Of a stretch of 63,755 nucleotides of DNA, positions 1 through 11,951 are shown one piece after another. The position numbers and the translations under genes were made by a program. Origin of the DNA: Octopus bimaculoides (Eukaryota); the NCBI RefSeq assembly GCF_001194135.2, contig NC_068984.1, forward strand, positions 46,101,771-46,165,525, read 5' to 3'. Position 1 is the first letter of the stretch, and each line of letters starts with the position of its first letter. Under the pieces are notes generated by a model. That model did no database searches. It was not told the origin of the DNA and saw nothing but the letters and a program-made list of their open reading frames with translations.

Positions 1-31
<31 letters not shown>

Positions 32-771
32 TGACAATTACTAGGATATGCATATACACTCAGACATATATATATATATTTGCACACAGTCATACACACA
101 GAATGAGAAAAGGAAATTAGAGCGAGAAAGTAATAGATAGTGAGAAGGAGAGAGAACAAGGGAGAGGGCGAGTGAGGGAAGGAAAGAGGAAGAGAGAGAT
201 AAAGGAAGACAGAGAGGGAGAGAGGGAGAGAAAGAGATTAATCAAAGCCAGCTTTTTCAATGTCTTTAAATCACACTGCAATGTTGACACGTCACTGAAT
301 AACCAGAGCTGAGATACAATTATAATTAAGCAACCGACACATTACATTTCTTTTACTCCGTCTTTTACTTGTGTCCTCTTTATTTTTCACTTTCACATTT
401 TCTCTATAACCTTTGCCGAATCTCTCTCCCCCTCCAACCTCTCTCTCTCTTTCTCTCTCTTTCCAACGGCATTTCACAACATCGCTTTCTCCTTTCTTCT
501 CTCTGCAGAAGGCATTGATGGATTGTTAAGTCGTATTTGTTGAAATTCACAAACATTTATCAGAAATGTCACATCATGCTGATTTGAATAAATACTATTT
601 CCAATAAAAGCGTCTATATCACACACACACACACACGCACAGATAGTCGCACTCACACACACATATTCAAACACACATGCGAACACATCTTTCAAAAGAT
701 GATCAGGCAGGAGAGGGCAATATCCATGACCTTTGCAGCTTCTTTGATATATGCATGCATACATAAATACA

Positions 772-841
<70 letters not shown>

Positions 842-1318
842 CACACACACGCACACACACATATGTATGTAGCGGTATGCATATATATTCATATAATATT
901 GCATACATATATAAATAATATTTACGTATATAAATATGCATATACGATATATGTATATATATGTGTGTATGTGTGTGTGTGTGTGTATGTAAGTATACGT
1001 ATAAATATATATCACTATATCTATCTGTTTATCTATGTATATATGAATGCATATTCGATGAAGATTTTCAGAGATTTTCTTTATATATAGAAAAGAAACA
1101 CAACATATATGCATACATATACAATTATATGCATATATATATATATGAGCAATATAACACTATATATATATATATATATAAGCAATGTTAATTCTCTAAA
1201 TGAAGTATTAACAGTAACTGCACGATAAAGTGTAGTATATTGCCACTTAAGTGTGGCTGACCCCTAATTCATGCGTTCGACTACACATACAGAGAGAGAT
1301 AGTCAAATACGCACATCA

Positions 1319-1354
<36 letters not shown>

Positions 1355-1365
1355 GCACACACATG
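1..1365. repeat. Microsatellite-rich block: (AT)n, GA-rich purine tract, several (CA)n arrays
   Basis: Directly visible: (AT)n 1-28, GA-rich about 120-235, (CA)n about 771-838 and 1319-1350. Explains the VCVC/HTHT/IYIY ORFs. Confidence 0.95.
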
Positions 1366-2046
1366 TATGTAAATTGTGTAAATTTCCTATATGAAAATAT
1401 TCATCAGGTCTTGTAGGCATGAATATCTACTTGTGTATATATGCGTGTTTATCTTTGCTCAATTCACGTAGATGACTACGAATAAAGATTCTAACGATAG
1501 AATGACCAATTACAGTAAATCAGCCGCGGAGACGGCTTCCAGAGTCTGAATGACACGAACAAGTCATCTATCTATGGGTCTAATGAACTTCTTATGTCGA
1601 AAGCAAAACGCCGGAAGTTTCTCGTAACGTACAGTTGACATATTAGATATACTATTATGTTACGCTGTTGCCTACGCTCATGAATGCATCGAGTTGTTTA
1701 GATGAATATAGATAAATGCATGCACAAAAATATACACACAGAAATGAGATAAATACATATATGTACATCTCAGCATATAGCATGCAATTATAATCGTAAA
1801 CGCATATGATCTCTTCCACAGAAAAAAACTCCTATGTATATGCATACATATCACAGATACTAACACACACATACACACATACACGCACATATATATGCAC
1901 ACGCACATCTACTCACACACACATATACTCACACACATACGCGGACAAATACGTGCTGGAATTAGCGTTTTTACCATATCTAATCGCACGCAGTGAAGAA
2001 GCAACATCTATAGATACATTATGGATATATAACATAACGTATAATC

Positions 2047-2084
<38 letters not shown>

Positions 2085-2515
2085 TTGTGTGTGGATGAAT
2101 TTAAATGTTCGTATGCGTGTGTGAGTGTGTGCGGCTGCGTTTATATGTAGTGTGTGGCGTGTCTTGAAAACTACCAATCAAGTTTCTGCTCTGTAAATAT
2201 CGAAAGGCATTTTCGAGTCACGGTCGAAGCTTTTTATACCTAACCATTGCTAATTACTTTAAGAACAAGGGGTATTGCGCTTACTAATCATTCTACCTAT
2301 CAAATACATGGTATGCTATTGGTGAAAATAAACAATACTCTGAGGTAATGTTACGTGGCTAGTATTTATGGAATGGAGTGACAAATATGTACACCGTTCT
2401 TTTCTCCTTTATTATTGTGAGTATAATAAATGTTATATAAGTACCTACGTATATATACTCATATATATATACATACGTATATATATGCGTTTGTGTGTGT
2501 GTGTGTGTGTGTATA

Positions 2516-2732
2516 CGAGGGTTGCTGAAAAGTTTCTAGCATTGAGTAAAAAAAAATACAGGAGGATCAGTTAATTCTGATTTTATTCAAACATATTACC
2601 CTCTCAGATTCACGCACTTATCGCGGCGGTACTTCAGTTTTTCTAAGCCTTGGTAAGGAACACAGAATGTTGAGCTCCAACCAAGCCTTTAGTGATACCT
2701 TTAACGCCAGGAACTTTTCAGCAACCTTCTCG
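2516..2732. mobile_element. Non-autonomous Tc1/mariner-type MITE (about 217 bp)
   Basis: Left end TA|CGAGGGTTGCTGAAAAGTTTCT and right end AGGAACTTTTCAGCAACCTTCTCG|TA form imperfect ~22-bp terminal inverted repeats. TA duplication at 2514-2515 and 2733-2734; no internal ORF. Confidence 0.85.
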
Positions 2733-3364
2733 TATGTGTGTGATTGTGTTTGTATGTGTGTGATTGTGTTTGTATGTGTATCTGTATTTGTGTATCGGTG
2801 AATACTAGATTGGTTTTGGTACCTATATTTAACTTCAGTTATGCTTTTCTTTGTGGTTACATGTGAACATTACACAATTTCCTATCCTCTAAACTCCTGT
2901 ATCCAATTCTGAAAACATAATTAGTTTAACGCCATTGACGAAACCTCCATGTAGTTGAACGATATTGGTGTGAAATCTGTCTGAAAAAACCCAGTGCTAG
3001 CTTTATCAAAGCAAAGACAATGGATGATATTGTCTACGGTAACGCATATCTGTGAAGACATTATGGTCACAGCTGCAATACTTTTGAGTATAGTCTTGTC
3101 TCAATAGAGCTGAGTTGATTTACCTAGTAACAACATCTTAGTATAGATAAGAGAAAGCTCTTTTGGTTAAAACGGGAGTGTGTTGGAGTGAATGTGGGAG
3201 AATGTCCGGAGTTGACACCCTACCGTTAACAATCTTACTAAATTGATCAAAATTCAGTATCAAGGAATGGATTTTTTCTCCGATGATCTACACTGCTATG
3301 ATCGGTTTGGAGACTTTTCTCACTAAATAGTACTTAAATTTGTCGTCTACCCAAAGTTTTACGT

Positions 3365-3580
3365 TGATCAGCCCACTGTCCAACGGGATCCCCCGTGATC
3401 CTTGCATAACGATTCGTTTGCGTGTATGTCAAGTATGGTCGAATTATGCTGGCTTCTTTTTGTTCGTAGTATTCAGCAGACTACAACGACATTGCCAACT
3501 CGGGTTATGATGTATGTGTCGATCTTGTGGGCCATATCCAGTGTCAGCAGCACACGGCGCCCGCAGCATACTCGAAGCTA
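3365..3580 (-). mobile_element. Possible decayed pogo/Tigger-type DDE transposase fragment
   Basis: Minus-strand translation RRVLLTLDMAHK...STILDIHANESLCKDH (one internal stop) resembles the pogo DDE_1 motifs RRVLLxLDxxxxH and QPLDVxVNKPFKDH. Recognised by eye only. Confidence 0.3.
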
Positions 3581-3634
3581 CTGAACTTAACCACGTACAA
3601 GACTAAGAATCTGCTTTCGTCTCGTCCTTCTATT

Positions 3635-4575
3635 GCATATCATTAATGATATGTTTTCGCACTTCTTTAATATATATTTCCAGACAACTATGAGAAGGGA
3701 GCTCTATGATTTCACTGGAAGCATCACAATGAATGGTAAGGTCATCAGAAATCAGAGGTATGCAAAGGTTATAGTCCTCATAGCCAGCAGTCTGCAAGAT
3801 CTGTACGGTTTGGTTACTAGAGTAAAAAATGAATGTACTCAAGTCGGTCTTTATCAAAATTCCGCAAAATGATGAACATAATTTTAAAAAATAATTAAAA
3901 TAGCTAGAATAATGAAAAGCACAGCAAACAATGAGCAATTTTCCATAACAAAAACTATGAAAACATCGAAAACCTATAATAATTTGTGTACTTTAGTACT
4001 CTTATTACCATTGACTACAATAACATCTGTAAAGTCAAGGTAAGACTCGGTATGATCAAGAATGTTATGACATCCCAGAACACCATATGGACAAATATGG
4101 TCATCTCGCAGCGAACAAAGAAAAAAGAAAAATACAAAATACTCTATAATTCATTGATACTTAACATAGCCACGTATGGAGCTGAATACTGTATTATAGA
4201 TACACATAAAAGGAGTTATCAAGTCCTGCATGATAAAAGGAAAATTGAAGCATTTGAACAATGGTGTTTTAGACGCATTCTCTAGAATAAACTGGACGGA
4301 TAACAGAGGTAATGAGTTGGTCCTTCGCAAAATAAAGTGCAAGGAAAGAGTGTTAAATAATATCATGTAAGAAAGGAAAATAGACCATCACCGGTCATAT
4401 ACTTAGACAGAAGACTTTGACAACTTCCTGTAAACAGGTGCAGCATATGGCAAAAGAACAAGAGGAAAACCTAAAACCAGATTTAGTGATAATATCAAAA
4501 AATTCAGTGGCAGAAGGTTTGCAGAACTGTGCAGACTAGCAGACATGAGTGAAAGGCGGCGATGGCTCCATTATT
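3635..4575 (+). mobile_element. RTE-clade LINE, decayed RT C-terminal half and 3' end
   Basis: FSHFFNIYFQTTMRRELYDFTGSITMNGKVIRNQRYAKVIVLIASS (degenerate RT NLRYADD region), then IATYGAEY...KIEAFEQWCFRRILRINWTD and GKRTRGKPKTRFSDNIK, all typical of RTE/BovB-like ORF2. Frameshifts and stops are present. Confidence 0.85.
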
Positions 4576-6060
4576 TGAGTCTTCTATTTAGAGAACGAAA
4601 AGAGAAGAGTAAAATAAATAAAGAATGAAATTTATAGCAGTGATTGTCAGCGTCGGTAGAACGACGGGCAACTGATATTGGTTGTCTTGCAGGATTTATT
4701 TACCACCTTTTATGTTTTGTTCTTCAAATCATGGTTTATCTCAACTTTCCTGTTTGTGCATTCATTTTCGAAGAAAATAATTTTCACTCGATATCTCACT
4801 TCAGCGCTCAGAAAGAAAAGAGAAACGACAAAATGAAATCGTGGTAAAATTTCGATTCGATACAGATTTTAACAAAGTTTTAAAAGTGTAACAGAAGCGA
4901 TAGATCAAAGGTTTTACACCCCTGACATTTAACACTTAGACGGCAATATTTCTATTTTCTCCTGATTGAATAAAATAAATACGTATGACGTAGAGAAGTA
5001 ATGCGTGATGAAAGTATATCCCGTTCCTTTAAATTTGACTTCGCTATTAATGAAAATAAATCTATATTATCGCACCCTTGTACGTTTCCATCATGAAAGC
5101 GAACAATTTCATGAATCAACGAACAAAATATAATCTATTCATTGAATTTTCTTAGTTAATTATGCTTGTTTCTTTTCATTTTATTTTGACTATTCTTTAG
5201 AATAACTTGAGTTGAATCTGATAATAAATTAGTCTATACTGATATATCACGTTTCCTCCAACGTCTTATAGATGTTTTCCTGCAATAGATACCATCCTCA
5301 CAACTAGTCAAACAAAATTTATAAAGCTGCCTGAAGATAGCCCGAAAAACAAATTTTACGGTAAAAGGAAACTCCCCAAGACAACCAACAAAACAAACGA
5401 TAAATCTAGCATTGAATCTCTAATGGACTTCAAAGCGCATGGCTGAACATTTTGTGGCCAACAGAAGAAAAACCAACATTTCTACAGAAGGAAAACATCA
5501 ATGAGAATAAAAATGATATTCAGATGAAAATAAAAGATTCGACCCCATGCAATGCCATTTCATATGCAAGTAAATAGCACCATAGGTATCAGACATACCA
5601 TTCAGTAACACGGCTAAATTCCCTCAGAGCAACAACGGCAGAAACAACAAACAATGATGACGAAAACTACAACAACAACAACAACAAAAACGAAGATTGC
5701 AATTATAAGAACGTTAACAAATACGATAAAGAAAAAAAACCCCACAGAAAAATAAAATAATATGAATATATTTTATAGATATAACTCAAGTTAGAAATAA
5801 ATCCTAGGATTCTTCACATCAAATATAACCTCAAAATTCATGTGTCAATTTTTGTGAGTGTGTATGTGTGCGTCCGTCCGTTCCTCCGTTCGTTTGTGTT
5901 TGTGTGTGTGTCTGTCTGTGCCTGCGTGAGCGCGCATGTGCGCACGTGAACTTATAAACAGCGTTTTAGTGTTTTGCTCAAATATTTCGCTCTGACTGAT
6001 GCTTTTGACGTTATCTCTTTTATTTACGTCATCTCATCTCCGAATTTCTTCTTTTGAATC

Positions 6061-6118
<58 letters not shown>

Positions 6119-6121
6119 TAA
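6061..6121. repeat. (TAA)n microsatellite
   Basis: About 20 TAA units directly preceding the interspersed element at 6122. Confidence 0.95.
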
Positions 6122-6722
6122 ATGCCCGGATGCAGTACCAGGCAGTGGCTCTCATGACTTCTGATCTTAATTGATTGGAAGTGTTATCATGTACATTGTT
6201 TTGTCTTGGTATAAAAAGATGGGCTACAGCAAATATTCTGCNNNNNNNNNNNNNNNNNNNNNNNNNNNNNNNNNNNNNNNNNNNNNNNNNNNNNNNNNNN
6301 NNNNNNNNNNNNNNNNNNNNNNNNNNNNNNNNNNNNNNNNNNNNNNNNNNNNNNNNNNNNNNNNNNNNNNNNNNNNNNNNNNNNNNNNNNNNNNNNNNNN
6401 NNNNNNNNNNNNNNNNNNNNNNNNNNNNNNNGTTTGAATAATTCACTTTTGGAAACATAGGTGTTTTGCTCAACATCCTTAAATAACCTATATTCAGGGA
6501 CCGTTTGAGCGGGATGGGCTACTCGACCTGAAGAAAATTCTAACTGAGCCCCACCTGCAAGGTCATGCGCTGTTTATCTTGATATGAGACCACTATATCG
6601 CGCACATATGGTTGTGATGCATGTGCCTGGTGTACCCTTATCAGACGGGTAGTCATGATGGGTATATTGGGCTTCGTATATTTTACCCCAGTGTCACTTT
6701 GATGGCATGCACTGCTCTCTCA
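6122..6722 (+). mobile_element. Non-coding interspersed element flanked by TAA/TTA tracts, copy 1 (N gap inside)
   Basis: 6432-6722 aligns with 34393-34683. Flanked by (TAA)n on the left and (ATT)n on the right; no coding capacity. Strand inferred from the (TAA)n tail of copy 2. Confidence 0.7.
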
Positions 6723-6725
6723 ACA

Positions 6726-6785
<60 letters not shown>

Positions 6786-6786
6786 T

Positions 6787-7015
6787 CAAATGTTGGCATA
6801 AAGTCAACAATTTTGAGGGAGGGGATTAGTCGATTAAACCGTCCCCAGTTTTCAACTGGTACATTTTTATGGACCCAAAAATGATAAAGGGCAAAGTGGA
6901 CCTCTGTGCAGTTTGAAGTCAGAACGTAAAGACGGGCGGAAAGAGAAAGTTGACCTCGGCGGAAAGTGACCTCAGAACATAATGACGGACGAAATGCCGT
7001 TAAAAGTTTTGCTGA
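6787..7015 (-). mobile_element. SINE-A: one partial copy plus a second short fragment
   Basis: Reverse complement of the recurrent body (CAACTGGTAC...GGCAAAGT.GACCTC...GAA.TCAGAACGTAAAGACG) seen in cleaner copies such as 35221-35436. Confidence 0.7.
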
Positions 7016-7020
7016 GCGTT

Positions 7021-7160
7021 ATTTCATCCGTTTTTCCGCCGAGGTCCTTTCGTCCTTTCGATGTCGATAAAATAAGTAACAGCTAAGAACAGAGGTCAAT
7101 ATAAACGTCTAACCCTCTACCCGCACGAAACTGCTGGCCTTGTGTCAAAGTTTGAAATCT
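7021..7160 (+). mobile_element. SINE-A partial copy
   Basis: TTCCGCCGAGGTC...CCTTTCGATGTCGATAAAATAAGTA...GCTGGCCTTGTGTCAAAGTTTGAAA followed by an AAT tail. Confidence 0.7.
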
Positions 7161-7204
7161 ATAATAATAGTGATAGTGATAATATTCACGTATTATTATT
7201 GTTG

Positions 7205-7640
7205 ATGATACTGTTTGGCACTCTGCCACACTTAAGCCGGTGAATCTAAATGGTATTTTGCCGCGATTATCTTGTTTATTTTTAGGCATGGAATATCTTG
7301 AGTTATTTTAGCTTGAGTAGCCACTCCTTCGTTAAGACGGTAAGCTCTTTTGTTCTTTTTTTCTTGGAGAGTGGTGATGGTTTGTCTGCTATTTCTAGTA
7401 TTTAAACCAAGCATGTATTAGCATGATCCTTGGGTATATTCTCTGTTTGCATAGATTCTGCTCAAGGTTGTTTGACAATATTTGGTAAATAAGATTCTTT
7501 GAAGCTGTATGAAATTTACTCTTGGCAGTTTTAATAAATTATTTGTTTGCCTCAAGTATTTTGTATCGTGTATAAAGTCTGGTAAAGAAATATGTGGTTT
7601 AATTTTGGCATTAATCTCGTGAGAAATAAAGTTTTAAAAT
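7205..7640 (-). mobile_element. Highly decayed APE-type (Jockey/I-like) LINE ORF2 3' relic
   Basis: Minus translation gives NFIQLQRILFTKY... and IHRLKCGRVP (like LQxxQNKxLR and RLRxGH motifs). Patchy similarity to 48906-49560. Confidence 0.3.
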
Positions 7641-8598
7641 CATAAATCTTTCCATATCATAAGAAAAAAAAAATTATTTTAAATCAGTTAAAATAATAAA
7701 ATTGTCATTTCTCTCTGGGATATATAATGTTTCTGTTAAAGGATTTTGTTTGGTTTTTATCATAAAACAATAACAAAATTCAAATATAATGTTTACAATT
7801 AGATTTTCATTTTACTTACATCATCAATATTCCAATGAAAGACATGACTCACACTACAACGTATTTCTAATATTTGATAGATCCTCGGATTTAGTTTTCT
7901 GTTGGTCTCCTGTCTTGTTTGGTTCAAGCTGACCTTATGTTAAATCTACACATACATAGTTCATACTGAGTACACGTCACCCAGTTTCCCTTGAAACTCA
8001 ACGAACGAGCTTTCATAAGGTATTTAACAACCTAGAATTATTAATTTTCTGATACAACAATTTGTGAACAATAATCTCGAAGAACATTTTGAGCTGGTCC
8101 CTCAATAGCTCACAGCTATATTTGTGTTGTCGACGGTTTTCCCGTGCATTCCTCCTTATCTTTTTTGGAAAGAAGACAAACAAAATAGGATATAGCAAGA
8201 ACCCGTAATTATTGTTTATTGGCAGTAAATAAATATAACATACATCACAGTATTATTCGGTTCTCCATCAGAGCGTAAAAAATTACTTCAAATACCAAAG
8301 GCAAAATTTGACAACGAAATAATAATGATTGAAAATTGAAGAACGCCCAAGATTTGATGCTTCAAATGGTACGTTATGAAGTAACTATACTTGAGTATGA
8401 AAACCTGAAAACATATTGAAAAACTGGTACAACTCCCTTTATTTTCAAGCAGCAGGTGAGTAGATGCCTAAGGCTAATATCTATCTGTCTACCTTCCTGC
8501 GTATCTCTGTGTCATTTCAGATCTATATAAATCTACAATTTAATATACGCAATTTTCACCTAATTTTCACTAGCTACTTTTCTTTCTTTTTATTCTTC

Positions 8599-8599
<1 letters not shown>

Positions 8600-8656
<57 letters not shown>
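8600..8656. repeat. (CTAT)n tetranucleotide microsatellite
   Basis: Directly visible. Similar arrays at about 18931-18976, 20047-20107, 22818-22881, 53697-53734 and 59625-59718. Confidence 0.95.
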
Positions 8657-8661
<5 letters not shown>

Positions 8662-9260
8662 ACCGCTTCATTAAAATCTGTATTTATACACATGTGTCTA
8701 TAGAAACTATTTTTAATTCAGTTTCTTTTGTCTTCTTAATTCTCTTTCTCTCTCCTGTCTACTTTTATCCTCATTCCCTTTCTTCGAGTACTTATTTGTT
8801 TATTGACGCATGCCATTTATCCATTTTTTTTTCAATTTCTTTATTTTTTATTCATGAAGTCTATTTAGCTTTTTATTATTTGCACACNNNNNNNNNNNNN
8901 NNNNNNNNNNNNNNNNNNNNNNNNNNNNNNNNNNNNNNNNNNNNNNNNNNNNNNNNNNNNNNNNNNNNNNNNNNNNNNNNNNNNNNNNNNNNNNNNNNNN
9001 NNNNNNNNNNNNNNNNNNNNNNNNNNNNNNNNNNNNNNNNNNNNNNNNNNNNNNNNNNNNNNNNNNNNNNNNNNNNNNNNNNNNNNNNNNNNNNNNNNNN
9101 NNNNNNNCATATGTGTATGCGTAAGCTGATATTAGATGTCAGTATTTGTAGAGGAACGAAATTGAATAAATATAGGGAAAGAGAGGGTGAAAGAGAGTGA
9201 ACGGAAGAATTCACATGCAGTCCCTCACACATATACATACTTAAATACATTCCTACATTC

Positions 9261-9358
<98 letters not shown>

Positions 9359-9381
9359 TTATTTGTGTGTGTGTGTGTGTA

Positions 9382-9412
<31 letters not shown>

Positions 9413-10581
9413 ATGTGCATGTGTGTATGTATTTGTATTTCTGCTATTTTCTAACAGAAATGGAGAGATACTTAGTTGTTTATATTTATACATGCTGGAA
9501 AGATTAACTAAGCATCGTATATATATATATATATATATACCTGTATGTGTGTGTATGTCTGTGTGTGTGTGTGCGTGTGTGTGCGTACGTATGCACAGAA
9601 AGATTCGAAGGCAGCCGGTTAGATATATCTCTAGGTAGACTAACTGATAGATATATAGATACCGAGATAATCGTTTAGCCTCCCTCTATCCAGCATACCA
9701 ACCAGTCTGGCAGATAGGCAACCATACAGGTAGGCAGACAGACAGAGAGACTGACGCGCAGAGACAGAATTAGAGCGTCAGATAGCGAGACAGATATACG
9801 CATACATATAATAGATAGATAGATATAGATAAGTAGATAAAAATGGATTGCTGAAGAGAGAGTGAGAGAGGGAAAAAAAGAAAGAGGGGAAGAGAAATAA
9901 AGAGAGAGAACGAGTAGGAATTTGGAAAGGAAAGGGAGCAAGAAATTGACAATAACAAAAATTGCCTAGAGCAGTGTTAGCAATATTATATAAAAGACAA
10001 TGCAGAAGAATGTCTACCAAATAAGTATTCACATAAACACATGCATGAACATAGTCCCATACAGAAATACGTCTTACATATGCATATATCTATGTACTTA
10101 TATTTAGCATATACATATATAAGTACACACACTCACCCACACACGCACGTATATATTCATATATATATATATATATANNNNNNNNNNNNNNNNNNNNNNN
10201 NNNNNNNNNNNNNNNNNNNNNNNNNNNNNNNNNNNNNNNNNNNNNNNNNNNNNNNNNNNNNNNNNNNNNNNNNNNNNNNNNNNNNNNNNNNNNNNNNNNN
10301 NNNNNNNNNNNNNNNNNNNNNNNNNNNNNNATATATATATATATATATATATACATGTCTGTCTACACATACACACGCGTGCACATACACAGATATAGGC
10401 ATGTATGCATAATCGCATTTACAAAGAAACATGCATGCTTATCTGAACAAATTACCGCAGTCATTATACATAGATTTTGCGCAGACAAACGCAGAGAGAG
10501 AATGAAAAGGAAAAACAGAAGGGGAGAGAACCGACAAGGACGAGTTAGTGAGAAGGGGAGAGAAAGTAAGAGAGAAAGAGA

Positions 10582-10616
<35 letters not shown>

Positions 10617-11900
10617 GGAGAGAAATACAAACCACAAAATAGCGTCAAGAAAGCATATCTGTGTATGCGCTATGACACGTTCATTACACCCATATAACGA
10701 CTTCTACTCCGCAGAATTATGTCCAGCCTCAAATTATCTCGCACGAAATATCACAAAGAACTGCTGACGCAAGACGTCAGAAATATACAATAATTCTAGT
10801 GATTGTTATGTAACTGAAGCACAGAACTTATGAATTAATTGCATATAGGAATGTACTTCAGGACTGTTCGAAATCAAGTTCATAACTAAAGGAGAGAACG
10901 TGTGGGCTTGACATCCAAACTATCATATTTTCAATTTGAAAGTTGTGTAAATCCGCGACTAAGCAGTAAGAAATACACATGCTCCCTTATTCAGGCTATT
11001 ATTCGGATAACTATATTTATATTACTTCACTGAAATGGGAGCTAAGACATATTAAGGGATGACCACAATTACTATATGAAGACAATACAGCAGTATCGAG
11101 AAGAGGTAATCTTGGAACAATGGTTAAATCATTCTAACAAAAGCAAGAATGAGAACTCCAAATCGGTACACACACACACACACATACACACACACATGTA
11201 GCCGTAAAGGTATGCGTGTATTTATGCATAGACATATATATACAGGCATGTATGTGTACATATATCTGCATTTATATATATTTCTATATAATGTATGTAT
11301 ACATTCGTCCATTTCTAGTGATCTGGTGTGCTACCTTTCTTTATCTTTTCTAATTTCTCAATATACAATTGTATTGTATTCTATAATGCGTAGTTTGCAT
11401 ATTAGTGAAGATATGTAAGCTAACTTATTACACACTAAAATCATTAATACTTGATGAAGGCTGCGAAAAATGGTTAACATCTCATACTTCCTAAACTTTT
11501 ATTGTCTTTACGCATATACTCACACAGAAACAGATACACATATATATCACCCATTTAGTACCTTTATAAACATGGTTAATTCAACTGTTTCTCTGCAGAT
11601 CGCGAAAACGATGAAGAACATCAATTGAAATCTCACCAAAGGTATCTACTTCAATCTGACCAATCCTAGAGACACAAGCAAGCAAACTGTTTATATACCC
11701 AATGATTAGGATAACTACAGAAAAGTAGAACTACTAATTTGCGTATCATAGGTGTTAACACTTTATTTTAGATATCAGTGGCCTGTCAACGGAGATCGAA
11801 GTCCACTCAGCATCAAGGTGTAATAGGATCTATGTAGTCTATATAGTAACTTTATAAACAGAGCTAATTTACGTGTTCCTCTGTGGATTGAAAAAATGTG

Positions 11901-11951
11901 GAATGACCTTAATCGATTTTCGAACCATATTGGATTCTCATCAGAGGCATC
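11901..11951 (-). ncRNA. Type I hammerhead ribozyme motif (Penelope/retrozyme-like)
   Basis: Minus strand reads GAUGCCU-CUGAUGA-GAAUCCA AUA UGGUUC-GAAA-AUCGAU-UA-AGGUCAUUC. All core nucleotides are present (C3-A9, G10.1:C11.1, G12-A14, A15.1:U16.1, A17). Stem II has 6 bp plus a bulge, stem I about 7 bp with a U bulge, and stem III is the palindrome AAUCGAUU. Confidence 0.8.

Noticed and set aside
1365-1412. Minus-strand CTGATGA-ATAT TTTC ATAT-AG-GAAA hammerhead-like string
   Set aside because: Two extra bases lie between stem II and GAAA, and no stem I pairing is possible.
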